Assembly (NCBI GenBank): GCA_018396755.1
Contig: JAGTQM010000004.1
Span: 17,099-81,098 of the forward strand
Reading direction: 5' to 3'
DNA length: 64,000 nucleotides
From: Candidatus Bathyarchaeota archaeon
GTDB taxonomy: Archaea > Thermoproteota > CALKCG01 > B24
The position numbers and the translations under genes are program-made. The first letter of the stretch is position 1. Each line of letters starts with the position of its first letter. Of this stretch, positions 9,579 through 19,673 are shown piece by piece. Below the pieces are notes generated by a model. The model ran no database searches. It saw nothing but the letters and a program-made list of their open reading frames with translations, and was not told the origin of the DNA.

Positions 9579-11549
9579 ATGTCAAGGGAAGTAGTTAAGG
9601 AGAAGTTTCCATGGTTGCTTGTGATACTTGTACCGCTCATTTTAGGCTTCATAGGTCCCATATGGCAGTTGCTCATAGGCAGCTTCCCCTACTGGATTGC
9701 TAATGCATTAGGAGAATCTGTCTGCCACATAGGGTTAACTACAGCGCCATTTCTGACTCTTCTTGTAACAGCTCCGCTCTATAGGATTAAGTCTTTAAGA
9801 GACAGACTAGGCATTAAAACTCTAGCATACTTATACATAAGCTCTTTAACGACATCATATTTTATCCACTATCCATGGGCATTATGTACGCACTACATGT
9901 ATGCGCTCAGAATCACATTGCGTGAACTTGCAGATATGGTTATACCGACCTTTATGGCTCCTCCATATGAGGTTGCTATTCTACTATCAGAAGGTGGTCC
10001 AATAGATTGGAGTGCTTGGGCAACACCGATCACTTGGTACTGGCTTCTCAACGTAACTGTAAGCTTTTTCATGTTATCGTTGGCTACTCTATTTAGAAGG
10101 CTCTGGATAGATATTGAGAAGGTTCCGTTTCCACACGCTTTAGTCGCATATGAACTAGCTGAAAATAGTACCGCGGAGAAGGGTTGGAGTAGATTCTTCC
10201 TAATAGGAGTAGTCTTAGGTCTGGCTTTCCAAATTCCAGTAACCCTTACAGGAATATTTCCATGGTTCCCAGACATCTACGGCGTCAACTATAGATCATG
10301 TCCTATGTTGACCCGATGGTTTGGCGGCGATGAACCCATGGGCACTATACCAGGTATGATGAGTATGACGTATAGTCCTACAGCAGTAGCAATAGCTTAT
10401 ATGGTTCCTCTACATGTACAGTTTAGCACGTGGTTCTTTGCCTTAATGTACATAATAGCTGTTCAAATATCCTACTACATGGGCTATTATACTGGAATAA
10501 CGGGTATAGGTACGTGTGGTAGGTACTGGTGCAGTCCATCTCCATCTACAGATCCGCCTCTTAAATTTATGGCTATAGCCGTAGGTGCTCTCATAGCATT
10601 AGGTATTATGCATTTAATACTTAACAGGCGATATCTTACTGAAACGTTTAAAGCAGTGTCCATAGGCTCTGATGAATTTAAAGAAGAGGCTATGAGTTAC
10701 AGAGCATGTTACATGATGCTGGCTATTGCCCTCATAGCTTCCACGGCGTTCTGGATGTGGTCTACTATGTCGTTTTTAGATGCATTGGTTATGGCTCTAA
10801 CGGCTTTTTGCATATGGTATCCAATGAGCCGTCTTTTTGGATTAGCTGGAGCATACTGGAGAAGCGTCGATAAAGGTTTCGTCTTCTTTAGACTTCTCTA
10901 TCCGACGTGTCATGATCCACCGACAACTCGAGAATTCCTAGTGTTCAGAATGTCCACTTTCCTATCAGATACTCCATCATATCCGTGGGGTGGTGCAGCC
11001 ATTTCATCTTTCACCTCTTATAAATTCGCCAGCCTTGCTGGTTTAAGTGCAAGAGACACATTTAAAACTCTAGCCATAGCTTTTCTAATAGCACCTCTAG
11101 TGTCGAACGTTGCACTCGTATGGATTCTACATACAGTAGGCGGTAGACGTATAGGAATATGGTCGAGTTGGTATCTAGGAGGGACTTGGGCCTTAACTGG
11201 CGTATCTACGGGATGGATTACACTACCGGCTCGTGATCCTTGGGTTGAATATAGTATAATAGGTGCTATAGTAGCGATTGTTCTCAGCTTGCTTCACGCT
11301 AGATTCGTATGGTTTCCGCTTGAACCAATCGGCTACATACTGGGTACTACATGTGCTTCAGCCTTATTTGGGCTATGGTCTGCGTTTCTAGTTGCATGGA
11401 TACTTAAAATGATAACTCTACGAATTGGAGGAGCTAAACTCTACGAAGGCTGTGGTGTTCCAATAGCCTCAGGTGCCGTAACAGGATGCATGATAGGAAT
11501 GATACTAGGCGGAATAGTATGGATAACGAGATTCTTCATACCATTCTAA
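9579..11549 (+). CDS. Multi-TM OPT-like (DUF6785/DUF6784-type) putative transporter, paralogue 1
   Basis: Highly hydrophobic 656 aa; RRLWIDIEKVPFP, FPWFPD, GYYTG..CGRYWC..DPP, RFVWFPLEPIG, AWILKMITLRIGG. Confidence 0.7.
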   Translation: MSREVVKEKFPWLLVILVPLILGFIGPIWQLLIGSFPYWIANALGESVCHIGLTTAPFLTLLVTAPLYRIKSLRDRLGIKTLAYLYISSLTTSYFIHYPWALCTHYMYALRITLRELADMVIPTFMAPPYEVAILLSEGGPIDWSAWATPITWYWLLNVTVSFFMLSLATLFRRLWIDIEKVPFPHALVAYELAENSTAEKGWSRFFLIGVVLGLAFQIPVTLTGIFPWFPDIYGVNYRSCPMLTRWFGGDEPMGTIPGMMSMTYSPTAVAIAYMVPLHVQFSTWFFALMYIIAVQISYYMGYYTGITGIGTCGRYWCSPSPSTDPPLKFMAIAVGALIALGIMHLILNRRYLTETFKAVSIGSDEFKEEAMSYRACYMMLAIALIASTAFWMWSTMSFLDALVMALTAFCIWYPMSRLFGLAGAYWRSVDKGFVFFRLLYPTCHDPPTTREFLVFRMSTFLSDTPSYPWGGAAISSFTSYKFASLAGLSARDTFKTLAIAFLIAPLVSNVALVWILHTVGGRRIGIWSSWYLGGTWALTGVSTGWITLPARDPWVEYSIIGAIVAIVLSLLHARFVWFPLEPIGYILGTTCASALFGLWSAFLVAWILKMITLRIGGAKLYEGCGVPIASGAVTGCMIGMILGGIVWITRFFIPF

Positions 11550-11656
11550 ATAAACCCCCACCATTTTTCCTCCTGTAACCTCTACGTAAGATGATTTTTT
11601 AATGTAAATTCACGGTAAAACCTTTAAAGGTCTTACATTAAATTTTCAAATCAAAA

Positions 11657-14600
11657 TTGTCCACTAGAAGTTTTAACTCTAAAAATGATAGAGCCGTAAA
11701 GGTTTGGGAAGAGCATGTTGTTAAGCCCACCTACAAGATATTAAGGGAGGACAATCTTCCATATTTTATGAGTAAACACTACCCTTATACTAGGCTAGAC
11801 TTCTTCGATACAAAACCCACCCCGGTCAATTATAGGGAAGTCGTTATGGAGAATGAATACCTCAAAATATCCGTTAGACCGGAGCTTGGCGCCCGCCTAT
11901 TCTCAGCATTTGATAAAATATCTGAAAATCAAGTATTCCACTACGTTGACACAATTAGACCCTTCTTAATAGCTCAAAGGGGTGCATGGATTGCAGGAGG
12001 ATTAGAGTTTAACCTATGCCAACATCCAAGCCATACAGCAGACAATTTTTCACCAGTCGATTACGTATACGTCGTACATGAAGATGGAAGCGCTTCAATA
12101 TTGATAGGCAGCCTCATACTGTACACCAACGTAAGATACTTGGTCGAAATGACTCTAAGACCTAAAACGGCTAGGATAGATATTCGCGTAAAAACTTTCA
12201 ACACGGACCTTATTCCTCAGAGGTACTACTTCTGGTCTAACGCCGCCGTCTCTGCAAGCGAAAAGCTTCGCTTCTTCTACCCGGGCTCTCTTTCAAACAT
12301 AGGTAAATTCCCGGCGAATGAGGAAGGCGTTGACTTAAGCTGGTATGTGAACTACGATAGACCATTAAGCATATTCATCATAGATTCTGAAGAAGACTTT
12401 TTCGCAGCGTATGACTATAAGTCTTCCAGAGGACTGGTTCACTATGCAGATCACAATATTATCCTCGGGAAGAAGATATTCAGCTGGGGGCTATCTGAAG
12501 ATGGTTTATTCTGGAAAAACCTCCTATCGGATAAAGATATACCTTACGTAGAGATTCAAAGTGGGCGTTTTCTAACGCAGGGGATTGTTGAGCTTATAGA
12601 TCCACTGAGCTTCGAATCATGGGAAGAATACTGGTATCCAGTTCGAGATATGAATGGGATAACATATGCCAATGAAAAAGCAGCAATCTACGTGAATGAG
12701 GAAAATAAAGCTGAGCGTAGGCTTCAGATCAATGTATGCTCAACCATATCATGTGAAGCTAAACTCGTATTGTATGCAGACGGAGAGAAATTCTATGAAG
12801 AACTAGTAGAGCTTCTCCCTGAGAAGACGCTTAAGAGGAATATTAAAGCGCCGCCCGGAAAATTGCTGCTTAAAATAATTGACTTAAACGGAAGGGAAGT
12901 GATTTCATGGGACTTTCGAAGTTACAAGATAAAACCGCATGAAGCCCCATCTTGGATCAGAGAAGTCCCGAATTGGAATTGGAATAATGCCGTTGAAGAG
13001 CTTTGGCTGAAGGGGGTTGAATCTGCGAAGAGGGAGACGTTTCTTAAAGCCGAAAGATACTTCACGTCTTCTTTGGAGAAGGATGGTGTCTTCTCTAAAA
13101 GCTTATGTTCTCTAGGTCTTTTACGTTATAGATCGGGTCTATACGATGAAGCCGCATCCCTCTTTCAGAGGGCATTGACGAGAAATCCATACAATGAAGA
13201 GGCGCGTTATTACCTCGGTTTAACTATGCTTGTTTTAAATAATCTTGATGGAGCTGAGAGAGAACTCTGGAGAGTTTCCTCGAAGATAGGCTACAGATCA
13301 CTAGCTCTATACCTTCTAGGCATCATAAGGATGAGGTTAAAAGCATATGATGATGCCGAAAATCTACTGCGAAGGTCGATACAAGAATGCGGTTACAATT
13401 TGAAGGCTCTATGCGCTCTCTCTATGAGTCTTAGAAAACAGGGAAAGCGTGAGGAAGCGTGGAAGGTTTTAGAGGAAGCGTATCATATAATGCCTCTTGA
13501 CTACTTGGTACTTGCGGAAAGGTATCTTCTATCTTCTGATGAGGAGTTTAAAAGGGTGGTTTTCACAAGTTTCCAGAAGGTTTTGGAGGTGTCAAAAGGT
13601 TACATGTTTGCTGGCTTGTTTGAAGATTCACTGACGATATTGAAAGCAGCGCTGGACTATGGTATACGTAATCCGCTAATCTACTATTACATAGGATATT
13701 CTTATAAGAAGATTGGTAGGTTTAACGATGCTATAGACTACTACAAATACGGAAGTAGAGAAAACATCGATTATATTTTTCCGCACAGGTTAGAGGATTT
13801 GGAGGTTCTCAAAGATATCGTTAGTAGTCTTCCATCGGATCCAACACCGCATTATTTACTCGGCAACGTCTTATTCTATTTGGGACGATTTAAAGAAGGC
13901 CTCGAGAAGTGGGAGAGGGCTTACATGCTTGGATTGAGAAGTTCTGTACTTTCACGTAATATTGGATATGCTTACGCTGTCTTGACATTAGACTATAATA
14001 GGGCTATTAACATGTACTTGGAGGCTATAAGACTTGAACCTGAAAATCATAAACTCTATGTGGAGCTGGATGAGATTTACTCAAAGATCGGTTACTACAC
14101 TGAACGTGTTAAATTGCTAGAGAATACGCCTCAGGAAGCCAGGCATAGCGCACTGCTTGCTAGACTTGCCTCAGCATACGTTGACGCTGGAGAATACGAG
14201 AAGGCTCTAAATATTCTGTATAACACATTTTTCGAGCCTATGGAAGGTTACTATGGGTTTTGGGAAATTTACGTTGATGCACTTATGGCTAAAGGATTTA
14301 CACTTTTCAAGAACTGTATGTTTGAAGATGCGGCGAAATGCTTCATAGAAGCTATGAGCTATCCCAAAAACCTCGGTATAGGTGCACCGCATCTAAAATA
14401 TAGACAAGATTTAATGCAACTCTACTATGTCGGTTTAGTATATGAAAGACTCGGAGAATTTTCTACTGCGCAAAGAATATGGTCTAATGCTCTTCAACGA
14501 TTTTCTGGGGACCATGAGAATCGCATATTTAAAGCGTTGATTTTACGAAAACTGGGAAAAATCGAAGAATCTGAGCTTATGCTTAGAAAAGTAGTTGACG

Positions 14601-14845
14601 AAGCCAAGTCAGAATTGGATAGGATGTCTGAGGGATTAGGCGATGAAAATAGCTACTTAGTATATGTACATGGAGCTGACGTTTCATTTGCAAACTTACA
14701 TTATGTGTTGGGGCTTGGATACATTGCTCGAGGAATGGTGGAAGCAGGGGTCGAAGAGATAGATAAATCGTTGAAATTGACCAAGGTTATTAGACACGCG
14801 CGATGGATTAAAGATGGTATGATTCCAATATCGTCGCTTCTCTAG
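11657..14845 (+). CDS. DUF5107 domain plus tetratricopeptide-repeat protein
   Basis: N-terminal MENEYLKISVRPELGARL, GAWIAGGLEFN, YFWSNAAV, YVEIQSGR; C-terminal ~600 aa of TPR repeats. Confidence 0.8.
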   Translation: MSTRSFNSKNDRAVKVWEEHVVKPTYKILREDNLPYFMSKHYPYTRLDFFDTKPTPVNYREVVMENEYLKISVRPELGARLFSAFDKISENQVFHYVDTIRPFLIAQRGAWIAGGLEFNLCQHPSHTADNFSPVDYVYVVHEDGSASILIGSLILYTNVRYLVEMTLRPKTARIDIRVKTFNTDLIPQRYYFWSNAAVSASEKLRFFYPGSLSNIGKFPANEEGVDLSWYVNYDRPLSIFIIDSEEDFFAAYDYKSSRGLVHYADHNIILGKKIFSWGLSEDGLFWKNLLSDKDIPYVEIQSGRFLTQGIVELIDPLSFESWEEYWYPVRDMNGITYANEKAAIYVNEENKAERRLQINVCSTISCEAKLVLYADGEKFYEELVELLPEKTLKRNIKAPPGKLLLKIIDLNGREVISWDFRSYKIKPHEAPSWIREVPNWNWNNAVEELWLKGVESAKRETFLKAERYFTSSLEKDGVFSKSLCSLGLLRYRSGLYDEAASLFQRALTRNPYNEEARYYLGLTMLVLNNLDGAERELWRVSSKIGYRSLALYLLGIIRMRLKAYDDAENLLRRSIQECGYNLKALCALSMSLRKQGKREEAWKVLEEAYHIMPLDYLVLAERYLLSSDEEFKRVVFTSFQKVLEVSKGYMFAGLFEDSLTILKAALDYGIRNPLIYYYIGYSYKKIGRFNDAIDYYKYGSRENIDYIFPHRLEDLEVLKDIVSSLPSDPTPHYLLGNVLFYLGRFKEGLEKWERAYMLGLRSSVLSRNIGYAYAVLTLDYNRAINMYLEAIRLEPENHKLYVELDEIYSKIGYYTERVKLLENTPQEARHSALLARLASAYVDAGEYEKALNILYNTFFEPMEGYYGFWEIYVDALMAKGFTLFKNCMFEDAAKCFIEAMSYPKNLGIGAPHLKYRQDLMQLYYVGLVYERLGEFSTAQRIWSNALQRFSGDHENRIFKALILRKLGKIEESELMLRKVVDEAKSELDRMSEGLGDENSYLVYVHGADVSFANLHYVLGLGYIARGMVEAGVEEIDKSLKLTKVIRHARWIKDGMIPISSLL

Positions 14846-14902
14846 GTATGTAGATTTCAAGTAAGTATCCGTTCAATTATTCTACGATCTTCTAGTACTA
14901 CC

Positions 14903-15199
14903 TTAACTACGTTTAAACCGTAGATTTATTGGCTTTCCCTCTGATAGGATCTTCTCCGGTATTCTGTTTTTCCACTTTTCAAGAAACTCTAAGTCTTCTT
15001 TCAAATTTCTAAGCTCATCTGGAAGCATTTCAGGAATTTCATCACGTATTGGATAAAATCTATTACACTTAGAACACCATATAAGACCTTCTACGATTTC
15101 ACCGTCTTCCTTTTCTTCAAATACGAAGAGCTCAAGAGGATGGTGTTTGTCGATAGGGCATGCCAATATATCCATAAGTCTTCTCTTCAACAGATTCAC
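14903..15199 (-). CDS. Trm112 family methyltransferase activator
   Basis: LMDILACPIDKHHPLEL, EGLIWCSKCNRFYPIRDEIPEMLP. Confidence 0.88.
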   Translation of the reverse strand: MNLLKRRLMDILACPIDKHHPLELFVFEEKEDGEIVEGLIWCSKCNRFYPIRDEIPEMLPDELRNLKEDLEFLEKWKNRIPEKILSEGKPINLRFKRS

Positions 15200-16185
15200 C
15201 TCAAATAAATCCTTTCACCTTTATAACCAGATTTAAGTATTGCCTCACATATCTTAAGTGCTTCCACTCCATCATCAGCCGTTAGAAGTAGGCTCTCCTT
15301 ACCTAAAACAGCATTGATAAAGTGTTTAAGCTCCCTCATTAAAGGCTCTTCCCACTTAACAGTCGGCTGAAGAACTTTTTCAGAATCTTCTATTAAAACT
15401 TCTTGAGATATGTAATCTAGCGAAACAGTAGCCTCGCTTCCAGTGATTATCAGAGACCTGATCCTGCGGGGTGTAAGCCAGTTGGCCTCTATAAACCCTG
15501 TAACTTCACTTTCAAAGTGGAGAATCGCTTCAGCGTAGTCTTCAAATCTATGCCTGAGACTGCCAACCTTGGCGTAAACGCTCTCAACATCGCCTATGAG
15601 GAAACGCATGACATCTAAATCGTGTATAGCAGAATCTTTAACAACACCCACGTCTCCTATGCGTTCAGGCCATCTAGAAACTCTTCTAGCAGTTATAAGT
15701 ATAATTCGGCCGAGTGCACCGTTATCTATCAATGTCTTAATTCTCCCCACGGCTGGGTTAAAGCGTTCTATATGGCCTGGCATGAGTCTAAGTCCTAAAC
15801 TGTAAGCTAAATCTCGAAGCTTCTCAGCCTCCTCTAAAGTGCTACATAAAGGCTTCTCCGTTAAACTGTGTACACCATGGTTTAAAACCTCAGATGTTAT
15901 CTCAAAATGCGTGGTCGTTGGTGTGCATATACTTACAGCATCTGGCTTTTCAACAAGAAGCATCTCCTTAAAATCACTGTATGCTCTACATCCATATCTC
16001 TTAGCTACGCTTTTAGATCTTTCACGGTCTATATCGCATACTGCAACAAGTTCAACGTCCTCTATCTCGCTATAGACTCTAGCATGGTTCCTACCCCAGA
16101 AACCTACACCTATGACCGCTACCTTAGTCAACAGAATCAGCTCCCACGCCGACGTATATAAGGTTGGCTTTTTCAACTTCTTCAC
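15196..16185 (-). CDS. Gfo/Idh/MocA oxidoreductase (UDP-GlcNAc(A) 3-dehydrogenase-like)
   Basis: VIGVGFWG, EKP, GHIERFNPAV, DSAIHDLD; the start is probably near 16130. Confidence 0.85.
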   Translation of the reverse strand: MKKLKKPTLYTSAWELILLTKVAVIGVGFWGRNHARVYSEIEDVELVAVCDIDRERSKSVAKRYGCRAYSDFKEMLLVEKPDAVSICTPTTTHFEITSEVLNHGVHSLTEKPLCSTLEEAEKLRDLAYSLGLRLMPGHIERFNPAVGRIKTLIDNGALGRIILITARRVSRWPERIGDVGVVKDSAIHDLDVMRFLIGDVESVYAKVGSLRHRFEDYAEAILHFESEVTGFIEANWLTPRRIRSLIITGSEATVSLDYISQEVLIEDSEKVLQPTVKWEEPLMRELKHFINAVLGKESLLLTADDGVEALKICEAILKSGYKGERIYLR

Positions 16186-17500
16186 GGTTAAATATTCTGC
16201 CGAAGTCTACTATGGCTATAGTCTTACTCTCAGGGCTTCTAAAGTCGCTTAAGCTTATGTTTTTAAATACATCGTGTGGTGTAGCTATGATTACACAATC
16301 AACATCTCTGAGAGTCCTCTTAAGGCTTAAAGACGTTTTAAAGCCCATACCTCTAATTTCATCGCGTGTAAAATATGGATCATACACCACCACTTCAGCT
16401 CCCCTCTTCAGTAGCTCATTTGCTAATTTAAGACTATAGGAGTTTCTAGTATTTTTAACATTTGGTTTAAAACTTAACCCAAGTACAAGTATCCTAGAGC
16501 GTCTAAGAGGTTTCCCAAGCCTTCTTAAAGCCTTAATCACAAGTGCATAACCGTGTTTAAGGAGGATATCATTAACTTTTAAAGTTACTTTGAGCGTACG
16601 TAAGCTGAAATTAACGTTTTCAGCTGAATTCTGCAAGAGTTGAGCATCCTTAGGCAGATGACCACCCACACCTATGCTAGGTTTAAGAAGATGGCAGAAT
16701 GGCTGAGTTGTGGCAGCCTTCAATACTTCAACATAATCTACACCTATTTTTTCACATAAGACCGCTAGCTCATGGCTAATAACCAGTGCGGCAAACCGAT
16801 AGAAGTTTTCAAAAAGTTTGACAGTTTCAGCTGTTTTAATATCCCTAACTCTAACAATCCCCCCTTCAACAACTGTTTTCAAAACAGCCTCACTAATTGC
16901 AAGGCTTTTAGGTCCAACTGCTCCAACAACTCTAGGATAACTTACAAGATCCCTCAGCAATGATCCCTCCGCTCCTCTGAGGGGGCTATAGGAAAAACCG
17001 AAGTCTTGCTCAGCCTTTAAATTAGACAATGCCTCAATTCTCTCTTTAACCACTTCTTCAGTTACACCTGGACCAGTTGTACTGCTTTGAATAATAAGAC
17101 TACCCCTCGTCATACACGTACCTAAATCTTCTGCAATTTTACGGAGGGGGAAGTAGTCTGGAATACCGAGTTGACTTACTGAAGCCGATATGACAATCAT
17201 GATTATCTCAGAATCGTTAACAGCGGATTTGACATCTGTAGTTGGGTGAAATTTTTCCATCCTAAGCACTTTCTGAAGAAGTGCTCGAAGTCCCGGTTCA
17301 GAGTTTGGAATTACACCACGCTTAAGCTTGTCAACAAGTTCTACGTTTGCGTCTACTCCATAAACTTCAACCCCTTTATCCGCGTAAAGGCAAGCTAACG
17401 GTAGACCCATAACTCCACAGCCTATTACGCTCAGTTTAAGATTTCCTTTAGTAAGCATCTCAGGAATTTCCTCAGGATTTAGATCCATTATATTAGTCAT
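16124..17500 (-). CDS. Nucleotide-sugar dehydrogenase family protein (WecC/WbpA-like), degenerate active site
   Basis: GCGVMGLP, AETVKLFEN, LGLSFKPNVKNTRNS, YDPY; reads GVGGHLPKD with no Cys. Confidence 0.85.
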   Translation of the reverse strand: MTNIMDLNPEEIPEMLTKGNLKLSVIGCGVMGLPLACLYADKGVEVYGVDANVELVDKLKRGVIPNSEPGLRALLQKVLRMEKFHPTTDVKSAVNDSEIIMIVISASVSQLGIPDYFPLRKIAEDLGTCMTRGSLIIQSSTTGPGVTEEVVKERIEALSNLKAEQDFGFSYSPLRGAEGSLLRDLVSYPRVVGAVGPKSLAISEAVLKTVVEGGIVRVRDIKTAETVKLFENFYRFAALVISHELAVLCEKIGVDYVEVLKAATTQPFCHLLKPSIGVGGHLPKDAQLLQNSAENVNFSLRTLKVTLKVNDILLKHGYALVIKALRRLGKPLRRSRILVLGLSFKPNVKNTRNSYSLKLANELLKRGAEVVVYDPYFTRDEIRGMGFKTSLSLKRTLRDVDCVIIATPHDVFKNISLSDFRSPESKTIAIVDFGRIFNREEVEKANLIYVGVGADSVD

Positions 17501-17682
17501 AAAGGACGACCTCTTCGCGTATGTATTAGTACTCTAAAATTCTAACTATGAGAATTTAAATTATACCCTCTAAGGATTGTTGTGGTTCTAATGGATTGCC
17601 GTCGATTTAGAGCATAGTATCGTCACTATAACGTCTGAAAAGGGGATAGAGTTTTCAATACTTCGTTATAACCGTCGAAATA

Positions 17683-17976
17683 AACTTCATGAAGCAGAGA
17701 AACGCATTGACGGAAAACTGAATAATCCAAGGTTGAAGAAAATAACATTCCATCCATTAAAGCACTGGAAGACATCGATAAGATATCGTAGAACCAGAGG
17801 CATCCTACACGTCAAGGAATTGCTCGATCATAAGTAGATTGAAAATACAATGATTTATATCATAGTAGAAAAAGTACTGTTTCAAATCAATGATTTTCAC
17901 TGTAAAGTTGATCAAAGCAAGCTTTAACTACGTGACAACCTTTAACGAGGTAATGCTTTTTAGAAAGTGGAAGCGA
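17683..17976 (+). pseudogene. Decayed tyrosine recombinase/integrase C-terminal fragment
   Basis: Reads NFMKQR.RIDGKLNNPRLKKITFHPLKHWKTSIRYRRTRGILHVKELLDHK*IENTMIY...DFHCKV...IKASFNYVTTFNEVMLFRKWK. This matches a decayed H-x-x-R, LGH...T..Y and C-terminal tail. Confidence 0.8.
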
Positions 17977-17992
17977 AGGTTTCACTGAAAAT

Positions 17993-19066
17993 ATGAGAGT
18001 TTTACTTGACATTTTAACGCCAAAGCAATGTAGATTTTTCTCAGTTTTGGGAAGAGAGCTTGAGAAACGGAGTTTCGAAGTCTATAAAACGGCTAGAGTA
18101 TTTAGGGAAGTTGTTGGACTTTTAGAAGCCTTAGGTGAAGAGGCCTACTTAGTAGGTAGATATGGCGGGGCAACGCTTGAAGGAAAGCTTGAAGCCAGTT
18201 TGAAGCGGATGATAGAACTTAAGAAGGTTTTCCAGAAAATTAGACCTAATCTAGTTGTATCCTTCTCCTCTCCAGAAGCATCTAGAGTAGCCTTCGGGCT
18301 AAATATACCTCATGTAGCTGTAAATGATAGTCCACATTCAAACGCTGTGGCAAGACTATCAATTCCACTGTCTAAAATGCTGTTCACACCTTGGATTATA
18401 CCTAAGAATGCTTGGACAGTATACGGTATAGAACCTTCTAGGATTTTTAAATATAAGGCTCTAGATCCAGCTGCGTGGCTTAAGAATTTTAAACCGGATC
18501 TAAATATTGTTAAATCATTGGGGCTATCTAAGGAGAAGCCAATAGTAGTATTCAGGCTTGAAGAAAGCCAAGCGTCGTACATACTTGGCATGGGCGGTCT
18601 CGTCGAAGAAATAGCTTTAAAAGTCATTCAAAGATTTGACATTCAACCAGTTATAATGCCTAGATATGAGGAGCAATTGCAGAAAATCTTAGAAAAATTT
18701 AACGTAAAGGCTCTAGTATTGGAAAAAACAATAGATGCCGCAAACCTATTGTGCTCAGCTACGGTGTTTGTAGGAGGTGGGGGGACTATGAACTCTGAAG
18801 CTGCTTTGTTAGGTGTTCCAGTAATTTCATGCTACCCTGGTGAAGAAACATACGTTGAGAAATTCCTTATAGGTAAAGGTTTCCTATGTAAAGTCTTCAA
18901 CTCAGAAGAAGCTTTAAAACTTATAGAGCGTTTTCTAAAGTTTCGCGAAAAGGTTAAGTTTGAGAGAAAAGCTAGAAAGCTTTTAGCTTCTATGGTAAAT
19001 CCCGCAGAGTTTATAGCGGAGAAAATTGCTCAAACTTTTTCCCATGAATCTTCTTCTCAAGTTTAG
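17993..19066 (+). CDS. DUF354 family protein (GT-B fold glycosyltransferase-like)
   Basis: LDILTPKQ, VGRYGG, SFSSPEASRVAFGL, NDSPH, GGGGTMNSEAALLGVP. Confidence 0.85.
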   Translation: MRVLLDILTPKQCRFFSVLGRELEKRSFEVYKTARVFREVVGLLEALGEEAYLVGRYGGATLEGKLEASLKRMIELKKVFQKIRPNLVVSFSSPEASRVAFGLNIPHVAVNDSPHSNAVARLSIPLSKMLFTPWIIPKNAWTVYGIEPSRIFKYKALDPAAWLKNFKPDLNIVKSLGLSKEKPIVVFRLEESQASYILGMGGLVEEIALKVIQRFDIQPVIMPRYEEQLQKILEKFNVKALVLEKTIDAANLLCSATVFVGGGGTMNSEAALLGVPVISCYPGEETYVEKFLIGKGFLCKVFNSEEALKLIERFLKFREKVKFERKARKLLASMVNPAEFIAEKIAQTFSHESSSQV

Positions 19067-19673
19067 CCTTTAAGCCGCTTGGCTTCCCATAAACTTCCGT
19101 CAACCCCTTTCTAATGGATTCTAATATGTCCTCCATGCCAGTTGAAGATGTTTCAACGACAGTATACGCATATCCTATTGTTCTGGGTATGTGGGAATCG
19201 CTTCCAGCAGTCATTGGTATGTTGAATTTAAGAGACACTATTATATTAACTCTGGATGATATTGGGAAGAGAATGGTACCTGAATTTAAGGCTTCTATAG
19301 CATCCAACCCTGATTGTCTGATTTGGAGTGTAAATGAAGGGATTAGCGTTCTAGGGAAAGGATGTGCTAAAACTGTAACTGCCCCAAGCCTCTTAGCCTC
19401 CTCTAGAACTATCTGTATATGTTTTAAGCCGGGTTTAAGCCTCCACTGATCTGCCCCTAAAACCAATACATGACCTATGGGTGTATTTACCTCTAAACCA
19501 GGTATGATAAGAACACCCCTCATAAAACCCCTAACCTTTGAAGGTGCCTCATGTTCAGTTAAGGCAAGACCATTTAAGCCTTTAACCTTAGCCTCAATTA
19601 GAGCTTCATCAAGTCTGATCAAAGAATCTCCAGAAGCATTAGTGTGAACGTGAAGATCCAGTTTTAATTTCAT
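19011..19673 (-). CDS. PHP-domain metal-dependent phosphoesterase
   Basis: DLHVHT, ALTEH, GHVLVLG, AHPF, AGSDSH. Confidence 0.88.
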   Translation of the reverse strand: MKLKLDLHVHTNASGDSLIRLDEALIEAKVKGLNGLALTEHEAPSKVRGFMRGVLIIPGLEVNTPIGHVLVLGADQWRLKPGLKHIQIVLEEAKRLGAVTVLAHPFPRTLIPSFTLQIRQSGLDAIEALNSGTILFPISSRVNIIVSLKFNIPMTAGSDSHIPRTIGYAYTVVETSSTGMEDILESIRKGLTEVYGKPSGLKAKLEKKIHGKKFEQFSPL

